Shown: positions 11,741 through 21,743, counted from the first letter of the stretch. The stretch: DNA of 64,000 nt from Patescibacteria group bacterium (GCA_004322205.1 SCSN01000009.1:29836-93835); one strand, 5' to 3'. The notes: a model not told the origin generated them from the letters alone. Numbers and translations are program-made.

Positions 11741-12520
11741 GTGGCTCATCAAAATTTTATAATTAAGACAGGGGTTTTTGAGGGACCGCTTGACCTCTTG
11801 CTTGCGCTTATCGAGAAGCGCAAGCTCTTTATCAGCGACATTTCTCTTGCCAAGGTGGCGGACGATTATATTGCTTATCTGGAGGGTATGAAGGAGTTTC
11901 CCATCGGGACGACTGCCCACTTTCTCTTGATTGCCTCAACCCTTCTTCTCATTAAATCAAAGTCGCTCTTGCCGTCCCTCGAACTCTCGGAAGAAGAGGA
12001 AAGCGGCATCAGTGATCTTGAAGCGCGTCTGCGTCTCTATAAGCGATTTCGCTCGCTGTCCGTTCACGTTGCCGCGCTTTTTGGCAGAGAGCGTATTTAT
12101 TCTAGGGATCGGGAGCGTTTTATCCAACCCATCTTTTCACCGCATCCACAAATTTCCCCCGCCAACATTGTCGCCGCCGCGCACTCCGTTCTTGCTGATC
12201 TTCCTCTGGTTGAGGAAATACCAAAAGCTCTTGTCAGTAAAATCGTCAGTCTTGAGGAAATGATTGTTAAACTCACCAAGCGGGTCAAAGCAAGTCTCAA
12301 ACTAAGTTTTGCCGAGTTTACTGCTTCAGGAGGAAGGGCGCCGGCTCGGCGCGCCGGCAAGCGTCTGGCCCGTGATGAAAAGCTCAATATCATTGTCAGC
12401 TTCCTTGCTTTACTTGAGCTAGTGAAGCGAGGTGTGGTCGAGGCACAGCAGAGAGAGCCGCGAGAAGATATTCACATTGAGTCGCAGGATGTTGGGGTTC
12501 CGAACTACGGGCAAATTTGA
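11741..12520 (+). CDS. scpA: segregation and condensation protein A
   Basis: LDLLLALIEKRKL...ISLAKVADDYIAYL signature; followed directly by scpB. Confidence 0.8.
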   Translation: MAHQNFIIKTGVFEGPLDLLLALIEKRKLFISDISLAKVADDYIAYLEGMKEFPIGTTAHFLLIASTLLLIKSKSLLPSLELSEEEESGISDLEARLRLYKRFRSLSVHVAALFGRERIYSRDRERFIQPIFSPHPQISPANIVAAAHSVLADLPLVEEIPKALVSKIVSLEEMIVKLTKRVKASLKLSFAEFTASGGRAPARRAGKRLARDEKLNIIVSFLALLELVKRGVVEAQQREPREDIHIESQDVGVPNYGQI

Positions 12521-12534
12521 TAATCTAAGACGCC

Positions 12535-13092
12535 ATGATTCTTCCTCTTGATGTCCAAATAGAAGCCGTTCTTTTTTCTCGGAGCGAGCCAGTGAGCGTT
12601 CGAAAGCTTGCCGAGCTCTGCCTGGTCAGTGAAAGCGAGGTGGAAGAAGCACTTGCGACGCTCCGCAATCGGCTGACGGGTTCCGGTTTGGGACTGGTGA
12701 TGCACAAGGGAGAGGTGCTCTTGGGCACGGCGCCGGAAGCAAGCGCTCTTATAGAGAAAATCACCAAAGAGGAACTCTCTCGCGAGCTTGGACGCGCCGC
12801 CCTTGAGACTCTTGCCATTGTGCTTTACCACTCGCCTGTTACCAAACGTGAAATTGATTACATTCGCGGCGTCAACTCGAGTTTTATCCTGCGCCATCTT
12901 CTCATTCGCGGGCTTATCGAGCGGCAAGAGGAGAGGGGAGTGCGCGGCTATCTCTACAATCCCTCCCTTGATCTCCTTTCCTATCTTGGGGTCGGGGGGG
13001 TTAACGAGCTTCCCGAATATGAGACCGTCGAAAAAGAACTAGAGAAAGCTTCAGCTTCAAGTGAAGTAAATCGGCAGGACGCTCCGGAATAA
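12535..13092 (+). CDS. scpB: segregation and condensation protein B
   Basis: 185-aa winged-helix protein downstream of scpA, ScpB-like N-terminus. Confidence 0.7.
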   Translation: MILPLDVQIEAVLFSRSEPVSVRKLAELCLVSESEVEEALATLRNRLTGSGLGLVMHKGEVLLGTAPEASALIEKITKEELSRELGRAALETLAIVLYHSPVTKREIDYIRGVNSSFILRHLLIRGLIERQEERGVRGYLYNPSLDLLSYLGVGGVNELPEYETVEKELEKASASSEVNRQDAPE

Positions 13093-13094
13093 AT

Positions 13095-14075
13095 ATGACG
13101 GAAATGACAGACGATACAAACACCACAGAAATTAGGCGGCAGACTCCGACGAGTAGCAAGCTCATCTACTTAGGGCTGTCTCTTCTGCTTTCACTTTCAT
13201 TAATTGTCCTAGTCTCTAGAGAGAGCTCGCGCAGCCTCTCCTCTTCCCGAGACCGCGCTAGCACTGCCCAGAGAAATCCTTTCGAGACTCTCACACTTCA
13301 GGCGCGCGCGGCGCTCGTCTGGGACATAAAAAATCAGAAAGCGCTTTTTGAAAAAGATCCTGGCGCTGTCTTGCCGTTCGCTTCGCTTACGAAAGTCCTT
13401 GTCGCGCTAACTGCTCTTGACTTGATTCCTGACACTACCGTTATTACTCTCGATAAGTCATTTTTGGCGGAAGAAGGGGATGTCGGACTTTTTGTAGATG
13501 AACGTTGGACTCTTCGTGATCTCGTCGATGTGAGCCTGGTTTCCTCGTCGAATGACGCCGCCACCGCCATCGCGGCAGTGGCTGGGGCTATTGAGGCAAA
13601 CGCCACAAGCTACGATGTCGGGCGCGGGCGGTTCATTGAGCTCATGAACAAGAAAGCACTGGAGATTGGCATGATGGAAACTCGCATCTTCAAGGAAAGC
13701 GGTCTTGATGCCGGTAGCGGTCAGGACGGGGCTTACGGCAGCGCTCGCGACATCGCCAGGCTTTTTGAGTTTGTCCTGCAGCACCGCCCTGATATTCTCT
13801 CAGCAACAAAATATGCCGCGGTGAAGAATGTCTCCATCAACCGTCTGCCGCATACCCTCAAAAATACAAATCCGGCAGTTGACGCTCTGCCGGCCGTTCT
13901 TGCGTCAAAAACGGGCTTTACTGACGGCTCGGGTGGAAATCTGGCGGTGGTCATTGATCCTGCTATCGGCAGACCTCTGGTTGTGGTGGTGCTGGGCTCG
14001 GGCTACGACGAACGGTTTAGCGACGTGGCGGCGATCGCCGAGGCGGCAGAGAGATGGGTTGCTTCGGGCCGCTAG
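13095..14075 (+). CDS. serine-type D-Ala-D-Ala carboxypeptidase (PBP5/DacA-like)
   Basis: N-terminal TM segment; SxxK (ASLTK), SxN (SSSND) and KTG (KTGFT) motifs. Confidence 0.75.
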   Translation: MTEMTDDTNTTEIRRQTPTSSKLIYLGLSLLLSLSLIVLVSRESSRSLSSSRDRASTAQRNPFETLTLQARAALVWDIKNQKALFEKDPGAVLPFASLTKVLVALTALDLIPDTTVITLDKSFLAEEGDVGLFVDERWTLRDLVDVSLVSSSNDAATAIAAVAGAIEANATSYDVGRGRFIELMNKKALEIGMMETRIFKESGLDAGSGQDGAYGSARDIARLFEFVLQHRPDILSATKYAAVKNVSINRLPHTLKNTNPAVDALPAVLASKTGFTDGSGGNLAVVIDPAIGRPLVVVVLGSGYDERFSDVAAIAEAAERWVASGR

Positions 14076-14204
14076 AATTCTTCTTTTGCACTCATTATTC
14101 CAAGCCGTATAATGGGGGCAACTGCTCTGTCTGCCTTTATGATTCGAGGGTGGCGATGAATGCAGTTTTGTCAGATTAGTCATTTCAAATTTTATTTTAT
14201 TGGC

Positions 14205-15275
14205 ATGATTACTGATGTTGTCAAAATCTTTCTGCCGGCCGTTATCTCATTCTGTCTTGGCATTGCCATCGCCCCCCCTCTCGCCGACTATCTTTACGGG
14301 CGCCGAATGTGGAAAAAGAAATCGGGGAAAGTTGATCTCTCCGGCGCCGCCACACCCATTTTCAACGAACTTCACAAGGACAAAGAAGTGGGAACTCCGC
14401 GCATGGGCGGAGTCATTATTTGGCTCTCATCATTCATTACCATCATCACCATTTGGGTAATTTCATACTTCTTACCGTCAGAGTTCTCTGTCAAGCTGGA
14501 TTTTTTGAGCCGAAAGCAAACTTGGTTGCCACTCGCCACTCTAATTTTCGGTTCACTTATTGGTTTGCTCGATGACTGGCTTGAGATTCGCGGCAGCGGC
14601 AGTCACCTTGCCGGCGGACTTTCACTCAGGAAGAGACTCTTGATTGTCAGTCTGGTCGGCCTTTTCGTCGGCTCGTGGTTTTTCTTTAAGCTTGATGTCT
14701 CCGGCATCGGCTTACCCGGTGGCGGGATCTTCCCGATGGGTCCTTTCTTTATACTTTTTTTTACCGTTGTGACGGTGATGCTCTATTCGGGAGGAGTTAT
14801 TGACGGGCTGGACGGTTTGGCGGGAGGCGTCTTTGCCACTATCTTTTCTGCCTACGCCGGTATCGCTTTTTTTCAACAGCAGATTGATCTTGCCGCCTTC
14901 GCTCTGGTGGTGGTTGGCGGGATACTCGCGTTTTTGTGGTTTAATATTCCTCCAGCGCGCTTTTACATGTCGGAGACCGGCACTATGGGACTCACTATGA
15001 CGCTTGCAGTAGTGGCGTTTATGACCGACAAGCTTGGTGGCGGCTACGGCGTCTTGGTTCTTCCAGTCATTGCCTTGCCGCTTGCCGCGACCACGCTCTC
15101 GGTCGTAATTCAGGTTCTTTCAAAAAGATTTCGAGGCAGGAAAATTTTTTTGGTGGCGCCGCTCCACCATCACTTTGAGGCTCTTGGCTGGCCAGCTTAC
15201 AAGGTGACCATGCGCTATTGGGTTATCGGAGTGGTTTTTGCCATCCTCGGCGTTATTCTTGCCGTCATTGCTTGA
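14205..15275 (+). CDS. mraY: phospho-N-acetylmuramoyl-pentapeptide transferase
   Basis: Multi-TM protein with MraY motifs (GTPRMGG, DDxxD-like LLDDWLEI); start taken at the internal ATG at 14205, the ORF is open from 14160. Confidence 0.9.
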   Translation: MITDVVKIFLPAVISFCLGIAIAPPLADYLYGRRMWKKKSGKVDLSGAATPIFNELHKDKEVGTPRMGGVIIWLSSFITIITIWVISYFLPSEFSVKLDFLSRKQTWLPLATLIFGSLIGLLDDWLEIRGSGSHLAGGLSLRKRLLIVSLVGLFVGSWFFFKLDVSGIGLPGGGIFPMGPFFILFFTVVTVMLYSGGVIDGLDGLAGGVFATIFSAYAGIAFFQQQIDLAAFALVVVGGILAFLWFNIPPARFYMSETGTMGLTMTLAVVAFMTDKLGGGYGVLVLPVIALPLAATTLSVVIQVLSKRFRGRKIFLVAPLHHHFEALGWPAYKVTMRYWVIGVVFAILGVILAVIA

Positions 15276-15277
15276 TA

Positions 15278-16390
15278 ATGAAAAGACTTACCGTTGACAA
15301 ACCGTTTGTTGCATCGGTCCTCATCCTCGTCGTCGCCGGCTTTTTTATTTTTAATTCAGCCTCACTCGGGCTTTTGGCGCAAGGAGGGGAGAAATACAGC
15401 AGTGTTGCTTTCTCACAAACCTTTTTCGGGCTTCTCCTTGGCACTCTAGCTCTGCTTATCACTTCACGCTTCCCGTACAAGAAGTGGAAGAAAGTGGCGT
15501 TTTTCCTTTTCCTAATTTCTATTGTTCTTACTCTCCTTGTCTTTGTGCCCGGACTCGGGTTCGAGCACGGCGGGGCGCGCCGCTGGATTCTTGTCTTCGG
15601 CGTTTCCTTTCAAACCTCCGAGCTTCTCAAATTTGGTTTCATTATCTACTTCGCTGCCTGGGCGTCGTCGGTCAAGGAGCGAATTACAACCTTCAAGTTT
15701 GGCTTAGTGCCGTTTTTACTCATGCTTGGAATAACCGGAGCGATTCTCCTTCTCCAGCCTGATACTGACACTCTTGCCGTCATTTTTGCCGCCGGCTGTG
15801 CCATGTTTCTCGCCGCCGGCGGTCGTTGGCGGCACGTTGTTCTCCTCCTTATAATTGCTGTTCTCGGCTTTGTTGCCATTGCCCAGTATCGTCCCTATCT
15901 CCAAGAGCGTTTGCAGACATTCCTGCATCCGGAGGAGGAGAGTCTCGGAGCAGGATACCAGATTCAGCAGTCACTTATTGCTATTGGCTCCGGCGGATTC
16001 GGGGGGAGGGGATTCGGCCAGAGCATTCAGAAATTTAGCTTCCTACCCGAGCCGATCGGTGATTCGATTTTTGCGGTGGCGGCGGAAGAATTCGGTTTTC
16101 TCGGCAGTCTTGTTCTGATTTTTCTATTTCTCTTTTTCGCTTTCCGCGGTCTTAAGATTGCAAAAAGAACGGAAGATTCATTCGGTAGACTGCTTGTTGT
16201 TGGAATTGTTATACTGATTGTATCCCAAGCTTTTGTCAATATGGGCGCTATGCTTGGGATTTTGCCGCTCACCGGTATCCCGCTTCCTTTTGTCAGTCAC
16301 GGCGGCACTGCTCTTCTCTTTACTCTGGCAGAAGTTGGCGTGGCGTTCAATGTCTCGCGATTTGCCCATAAGTTTTCAATTAAGCGCTAA
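15278..16390 (+). CDS. ftsW: SEDS-family peptidoglycan glycosyltransferase FtsW/RodA
   Basis: Polytopic protein with PEPIGDSIFAV and SHGGT motifs; located between mraY and murG. Confidence 0.85.
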   Translation: MKRLTVDKPFVASVLILVVAGFFIFNSASLGLLAQGGEKYSSVAFSQTFFGLLLGTLALLITSRFPYKKWKKVAFFLFLISIVLTLLVFVPGLGFEHGGARRWILVFGVSFQTSELLKFGFIIYFAAWASSVKERITTFKFGLVPFLLMLGITGAILLLQPDTDTLAVIFAAGCAMFLAAGGRWRHVVLLLIIAVLGFVAIAQYRPYLQERLQTFLHPEEESLGAGYQIQQSLIAIGSGGFGGRGFGQSIQKFSFLPEPIGDSIFAVAAEEFGFLGSLVLIFLFLFFAFRGLKIAKRTEDSFGRLLVVGIVILIVSQAFVNMGAMLGILPLTGIPLPFVSHGGTALLFTLAEVGVAFNVSRFAHKFSIKR

Positions 16391-16416
16391 GTGGCAAGTA
16401 ATTAATTTCTAACGGG

Positions 16417-17547
16417 ATGAAAATTCTCTTTACGGGCGGGGGGACCGGTGGTCATTTCTATCCGATAATTGCCATCGCAGAAGAGGTGAGCGACATTGTC
16501 AAAGAGCACAAGGTCGCTAACCTTGAGCTCTACTATATGTCTCCGATGCCGTATAACGCCGGCATTCTCTTCGATCATCACATCAGTTATAAAAGAAACT
16601 ATGCCGGCAAACTGCGTCGCTATTTCTCCATTCTCAATTTCCTAGATCTCTTCAAGACTTTCTGGGGAGTGATTAAATCGGTCTGGGACGTTTATCTCAT
16701 CTACCCTGACGTTGTCTTTGGCAAGGGCGGATACGCAAGTTTCCCGGCGCTTTTTGCCGCCAGGATTCTACGGATTCCCGTGGTCATTCACGAGTCCGAT
16801 GCCGTGCCGGGGCGCACCAATCTCTGGGCGGGAAAGTTTGCAGAGCGCATCGCCCTCTCTTTCTCTGAAGCGGCGCAGTATTTTAAAGTAGAAAGTAAAA
16901 TTGCTTACACCGGACAGCCAATTCGCAAGGAACTCTCTATGCCGCGCTCAAGCACTGGTCATGCCTTTTTGGGTCTAGAGGCAGATCTGCCGGTAATTCT
17001 TGTTCTAGGAGGGTCGCTCGGTGCCAGAAAAGTTAATGATGTTATTCTCGAAGCCCTGCCGCTTCTGGTCGAGAAATATCAGGTTATCCATCAAACCGGC
17101 AAAGACAATTTTGATGAGATCCGAGAAACTGCCAAGGTAATTCTTGAAGCAAGTCCGAATCGCAACCGCTACCGCCCCTATGCCTATCTTGATTCCCTGA
17201 CACTGCGCGCAGCGGCCGGTGTTGCTTCACTTGTCATCTCTCGCGCCGGTTCGACACTTTTCGAGATTGCTCTCTGGGGTCTACCAAGCATTGTTGTTCC
17301 CATTTCTGAAGCGGTCAGTCATGATCAAGTTAAAAATGCTTTTGCTTACGCTCGAAGCGGGGCGGCGGTAGTTGTTGAGGAGACAAATCTCACAGGTAAT
17401 ATCCTCGCCGCCGAAATTAGCCGAATTCTGGGGAGCCCGGAAATTGCGGGGAAAATGAAAGCTTCGGCCCGTGAGTTTGTCAGACCCGACGCCGCCCGCA
17501 AAATTGCCGAAGAGCTTCTCAAAATTGCATTGAGTCATGAAGTCTAA
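16417..17547 (+). CDS. murG: UDP-GlcNAc:lipid I N-acetylglucosaminyltransferase
   Basis: MKILFTGGGTGGHFYP N-terminus; GT28 family. Confidence 0.9.
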   Translation: MKILFTGGGTGGHFYPIIAIAEEVSDIVKEHKVANLELYYMSPMPYNAGILFDHHISYKRNYAGKLRRYFSILNFLDLFKTFWGVIKSVWDVYLIYPDVVFGKGGYASFPALFAARILRIPVVIHESDAVPGRTNLWAGKFAERIALSFSEAAQYFKVESKIAYTGQPIRKELSMPRSSTGHAFLGLEADLPVILVLGGSLGARKVNDVILEALPLLVEKYQVIHQTGKDNFDEIRETAKVILEASPNRNRYRPYAYLDSLTLRAAAGVASLVISRAGSTLFEIALWGLPSIVVPISEAVSHDQVKNAFAYARSGAAVVVEETNLTGNILAAEISRILGSPEIAGKMKASAREFVRPDAARKIAEELLKIALSHEV

Positions 17548-18919
17548 GATGAAGGAAAGTCGAATGGAGAGAGTCATTACCCGTTTTCCACCGTCTCCGA
17601 CGGGACTCCTTCATATCGGCAATGTCCGGACTGCACTTTTTAACTTTCTATTTGCGCGCCGACACGGCGGACAATTTCTCGTTCGCATTGAGGATACTGA
17701 CAGAGCGCGGTCGAAAAAAGACTACGAAGACGATATTTTAAGCGGTTTGGAGTGGCTTGGTTTATCGTATGACTCTAAACTCTGGCGTCAGAGCGAACGC
17801 ACGGAGATATATCGATCTCACCTGCGCAGATTAATTGATGGTGGGCATGCCTACCTCTCGGCGGAGGAGGAAGGGGAGCGCCGTGAAGTGGTGCGCTTTA
17901 AGAACCCCAATCGAGTTGTGAGTTTCACTGATCTCATTCGCGGCACCGTGACTTTTGATACCACGGAACTCAAGGACTTTATCATCGCCAGAAGCGCTGA
18001 CGAGCCGCTCTATCACTTGGCGGTCGTGGTTGATGATACTCTATCAGAAGTGACGCATGTCATTCGCGGCGAAGATCATATCTCAAACACACCTCGTCAG
18101 ATTTTGATTACGGAAGCTCTCGGCGCGCCGCTCCCGACCTATGCCCACCTGCCTCTCATTTTGGCTCCTGACCGTTCAAAACTTTCAAAACGCGAGCACG
18201 GGGAGATCATTGCTCTTCGCCACTACAAAGCAAAAGGCTACCTGCCCGAAGCGATGGTAAATTTCTTGGCGCTCCTCGGCTGGAACCCGGGCACCGAACG
18301 GGAGATCTTCAGCATGGATGAGTTAATTGAAGCATTTGATCTTTCAAAAGTTCAAAAAAGCGGCGCCGTCTTTAATGAAGAGAAGTTGCGCTGGATCAAC
18401 CGCGAATACCTCAAGCAACTTCCTCAAGAAAAAATCAAGAGCGAAATTGAAACAGCTCTCAAGGGTACTCGACGCTTTGCTCTCCGCGGCTGGTCGCTCT
18501 CTGACGAGCTAATTGAAAAACTTCTCCCCGTTCTTTTTGAGCGAATCCATGTCTGGAGCGATATAGCTAAACTGGCGAAATCGGGTGAACTTGATTACTG
18601 GTTTGAGGCGCCTCAATATGAGACTGACAAACTGTATTGGAAAGAGAAGAAAGAAAACGTGGCTCTGTCACGTCTTCTCCAAGAAGCAGTGTCTCTTCTT
18701 GAAGGACTTTCGGAAGGGGAGTTCCGCGCGCATCGGATAAAAGAGACATTGATGCAATTCGCCGAGTCTCACGGCAGGGGAGAGGTGCTCTGGGCACTGC
18801 GCTTTGCCCTCACCGGCAAAGACAAATCTCCCGACCCCTTTACCGTCGCTTGGGTGCTTGGGAGAAGTGAAAGTTTATCGCGTTTGTCAGAAGCAGTTAG
18901 GAAGCTGTCAAATAAATAA
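17537..18919 (+). CDS. gltX: glutamyl-tRNA synthetase
   Basis: RFPPSPTGLLHIGNVRTALFN (HIGH) and KLSKR motifs. Confidence 0.9.
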   Translation: MKSKMKESRMERVITRFPPSPTGLLHIGNVRTALFNFLFARRHGGQFLVRIEDTDRARSKKDYEDDILSGLEWLGLSYDSKLWRQSERTEIYRSHLRRLIDGGHAYLSAEEEGERREVVRFKNPNRVVSFTDLIRGTVTFDTTELKDFIIARSADEPLYHLAVVVDDTLSEVTHVIRGEDHISNTPRQILITEALGAPLPTYAHLPLILAPDRSKLSKREHGEIIALRHYKAKGYLPEAMVNFLALLGWNPGTEREIFSMDELIEAFDLSKVQKSGAVFNEEKLRWINREYLKQLPQEKIKSEIETALKGTRRFALRGWSLSDELIEKLLPVLFERIHVWSDIAKLAKSGELDYWFEAPQYETDKLYWKEKKENVALSRLLQEAVSLLEGLSEGEFRAHRIKETLMQFAESHGRGEVLWALRFALTGKDKSPDPFTVAWVLGRSESLSRLSEAVRKLSNK

Positions 18920-20206
18920 ATGAAGTGGGGAAGAATACTCTTGATGGTGGCGCTGATATTTCTCTCTGCGACAGAGAGCACGCAGGCGTTTTCCATTAGT
19001 GAGTTACGCGACCAGATTGAGAAGAAACGACAGGAAAAGGAGAAACTCGAGGAAGAAAACAAGAAGCTTGAAGCGCAGATTGACGAAGCGAACAAGAAGT
19101 CCCAGTCGCTTCAGGGTACGGTCAAAGCTCTTGATACCACTCAAAAGAAACTCCAAAATGACATTAAAGTGACCGAGAATAAAATTGGCACTACCGAACT
19201 GTCAATCAAAAAAGTGGCGCTTGAGATTCAGACAAAAGTGTCCACTATCACCGCTGATAAAGAAGCTCTGGCCAAGACAATTCGTAATCTCCAGTCTGCT
19301 GAAAGCCATTCAACAATTGAAGTTTTTCTTCAGTATGACACTCTCAATGAATTTTGGAGTACGCTTGAAGCGATGAGTCAGTTCCAGGGAAGTGTTCGGG
19401 ATCACATCGCGGGTCTCAAAAAGGTCAAACTTGAGCTCGAAGGTAAACAGGTGGAATTTCAAGGAAAAAAACAGGAGCTCGTCGAGTTCAAAGGCGAGCT
19501 CTCTGACCGCAAAGTCATTGTTGATCAGAACAAAAAAACCAAGAGCACACTGCTTGCTCAAACTAGAAACCAGGAAACCGAATATCGCCGCCTGCTAGAG
19601 CGCAACATTGAGCTTGGAAGAAAATTCGAAGCTGAACTTTTTGAATTCGAGTCCCAGCTCGAGCGTGCCATTGACCGCAGCAAACTTCCGGCAGAGCGTC
19701 TCGGGCTTCTTTCCTGGCCGCTCGAGAAGATTATCATTACCCAAAGGTTTGGAAAAACTGTGGAATCGCGTCGGCTCTACGTCTCCGGCACCCACAACGG
19801 CACTGATTTTCGAGCATCGGTTGGAACGCCGGTGATGGCTGTTTCCGGAGGAGTTGTAGAGGGGATAGGGAATACTGACGAACAAGCCGGCTGCTACTCC
19901 TACGGCAAGTGGATTTTAGTCAAGCACGGCAACGGGCTCTCTAGCCTCTACGCTCATCTTTCTGCCATTAAGATGAGCTCTGGGCAAACTGTCGGTCAAG
20001 GTGAGATAATTGCCTACAGCGGAGGTCAGCCGGGAACATTCGGCTCGGGGTTTTCGACCGGCCCTCACCTTCACTTGACGCTTTATGCATCTGATGGTGT
20101 AAAGATACAGCGCTACGAAGCAAGCAAGTTCTGTAAACAAGTGAGCATTCCTACAGCAAGCGCCAGCGCTTACCTTGACCCTCTGGCGTATCTGCCGTCT
20201 CTCTAA
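18920..20206 (+). CDS. M23 peptidase with N-terminal coiled coil (EnvC-like)
   Basis: Signal/TM segment, long coiled-coil, C-terminal M23 motifs (HNGTD, GPHLHLTL). Confidence 0.75.
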   Translation: MKWGRILLMVALIFLSATESTQAFSISELRDQIEKKRQEKEKLEEENKKLEAQIDEANKKSQSLQGTVKALDTTQKKLQNDIKVTENKIGTTELSIKKVALEIQTKVSTITADKEALAKTIRNLQSAESHSTIEVFLQYDTLNEFWSTLEAMSQFQGSVRDHIAGLKKVKLELEGKQVEFQGKKQELVEFKGELSDRKVIVDQNKKTKSTLLAQTRNQETEYRRLLERNIELGRKFEAELFEFESQLERAIDRSKLPAERLGLLSWPLEKIIITQRFGKTVESRRLYVSGTHNGTDFRASVGTPVMAVSGGVVEGIGNTDEQAGCYSYGKWILVKHGNGLSSLYAHLSAIKMSSGQTVGQGEIIAYSGGQPGTFGSGFSTGPHLHLTLYASDGVKIQRYEASKFCKQVSIPTASASAYLDPLAYLPSL

Positions 20207-20212
20207 TTTAGT

Positions 20213-20497
20213 ATGAACGCCAGAGATTACAAACGCGGTTTTATAAGCACTCTGCTTGTTCTCGTTCTGGCTCTTATTCTGCTTAAATTCGTTTTTGACA
20301 TCAGCCCATTGGATATTCTGAGGCATCCGACAGTGGCAACGGTTTTGTCTTATGTCAAAAAATTCTTTATCATTGTCTGGGACAAATTTATTGAGACTCC
20401 GGCGCGCTTTGTCTGGGACAAAATTATTGTGGAGATTATCTGGAAATACGGCAAAGAAGTATTAGAGCTTATAAAGCGCTGGATTGACAGTCAGTAA
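20213..20497 (+). CDS. hypothetical small membrane protein
   Basis: 94 aa with an N-terminal hydrophobic helix. Confidence 0.3.
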   Translation: MNARDYKRGFISTLLVLVLALILLKFVFDISPLDILRHPTVATVLSYVKKFFIIVWDKFIETPARFVWDKIIVEIIWKYGKEVLELIKRWIDSQ

Positions 20498-20878
20498 AGC
20501 ATAAACATTAACTTCCAATGGGACGACGAAGATGAAACCAAAAGTTATCCTTTTCTTTCTGCTTGCTCCGATTTACGTGCCACTATACCTATTTCTACAC
20601 TTAACTTTTAAGTGGTGGGAGAGTTTGTTGGAATAGTTTTAGTAAATAGTAAGTAGTAAACAGCTAGTCTAGAAATTAAAAAATACGGTGGGGAAGTGGT
20701 TCTAATAGAAAAGACCTTAGACTTCCATGTCTAACGGCGTAAAAGGTATATTGTGCGACGTATGCCACAATAATAAATAAAATAAAAAGGCCTCTCCCCT
20801 ATTGAATATATGATATTAAACAACTTCTTCATCCCAATGGTATTTTGTGTTATTCGATCAAATTCGTAATATTCGTAT

Positions 20879-21448
20879 TTAATATTTTCTAATCACTGCC
20901 TTCACCACCGCGGCTACGCGGAAACTTTCTCTCGGGTATATCGGCTTGTATCTTTTATTGGCCGGCTCAAGCCAAACTTTATTTCCTTGCTTGCGGAAAT
21001 ATTTCATTGTCCAGCCGCCGTCGATTTCCGCGATTACAATGTCTCTATCCCGCGCCTCCCCTCGCCTCTCGGCCAGAACATAGTCGCCCTCATCAATATG
21101 GGCGTCAATCATCGAGTCTCCCTTGACTTCAAGAATATAAGTTCTTGCCCTGTCTTCAACGAGAAAATCTTCAAGACTGACGGTATCAAGGTCAATCTCA
21201 TCGGCATCAGCTGGAAGCCCCGCCTCAACCAATCCCACCAGAGGAATTTCACTCTCAATGCGCTTCGGCACAATTTTCCCACGCGAATCTTTTGAAACTA
21301 TTCCCTGCTCCACTAACCAACCAATCAGCTTGTGAACGGAGTTTTTCGACTTGAAGCCCAGAATCTGCATTATCTCCTTATAACCCGGCATCCGCTTGTG
21401 CTTTTTGTAGAAATCTATAATTTTTGTTTTTTGTTCCTCTTTTCTCAT
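20879..21448 (-). CDS. lexA: LexA repressor (S24 peptidase)
   Basis: N-terminal winged HTH; VKGDSMIDAHI catalytic Ser; K of the Ser-Lys dyad; own promoter carries a GAAC-N4-GTTC box. Confidence 0.9.
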   Translation of the reverse strand: MRKEEQKTKIIDFYKKHKRMPGYKEIMQILGFKSKNSVHKLIGWLVEQGIVSKDSRGKIVPKRIESEIPLVGLVEAGLPADADEIDLDTVSLEDFLVEDRARTYILEVKGDSMIDAHIDEGDYVLAERRGEARDRDIVIAEIDGGWTMKYFRKQGNKVWLEPANKRYKPIYPRESFRVAAVVKAVIRKY

Positions 21449-21488
21449 GCCTTTATGTCATAAGTTGGTCGTTTGTTATTCATCTTTC

Positions 21489-21518
21489 ATTATAGTGAAC
21501 CACAGTTCACCCAACAAG
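21489..21518 (-). promoter_or_regulatory. lexA promoter with Cheo-type SOS box in the spacer
   Basis: Minus strand reads TTGTTG (-35) then 17 nt containing GTGAACTGTGGTTCAC then TATAAT (-10), about 35 nt upstream of the lexA ATG. Confidence 0.55.
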
Positions 21519-21536
21519 AGTTAGCTGTGGATAAAT

Positions 21537-21572
21537 AAAATACCTCGCCAGCAAGCTGGCGAGGTATTTTAT
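21537..21572 (-). terminator. intrinsic terminator-like hairpin
   Basis: AAAATACCTCGCCAGC-aagc-TGGCGAGGTATTTT, followed on the minus strand by TTTTATTTAT. Confidence 0.45.
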
Positions 21573-21693
21573 CTTTGAGAACCGACGGTTCTCAACGCTC
21601 GCCTCGCTCGCTGCTCTCCTCCGCGGGGAACCGGACGCGGTTCCCCGACCCCCCCACTCTTTACACATTCCTCCCCAGAGGAGGGCTCCGGGG

Positions 21694-21743
21694 TATCCTG
21701 TGCAAAAAATGAAAAAGAAAAGGACTCGACGCCAGTCGAGTCC
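21694..21743 (-). terminator. intrinsic terminator of the upstream 98-aa gene
   Basis: GGACTCGAC-tggc-GTCGAGTCC followed on the minus strand by TTTTCTTTTTCATTTTTT. Confidence 0.5.

Noticed and set aside
14076-14204. Possible inverted copy of the 53345..53508 breakpoint sequence upstream of mraY
   Set aside because: Only weak, direct-orientation similarity (tcttcttttgcactcattattcc vs tcttcttcaaaatcactattttc). Insufficient to call a repeat.
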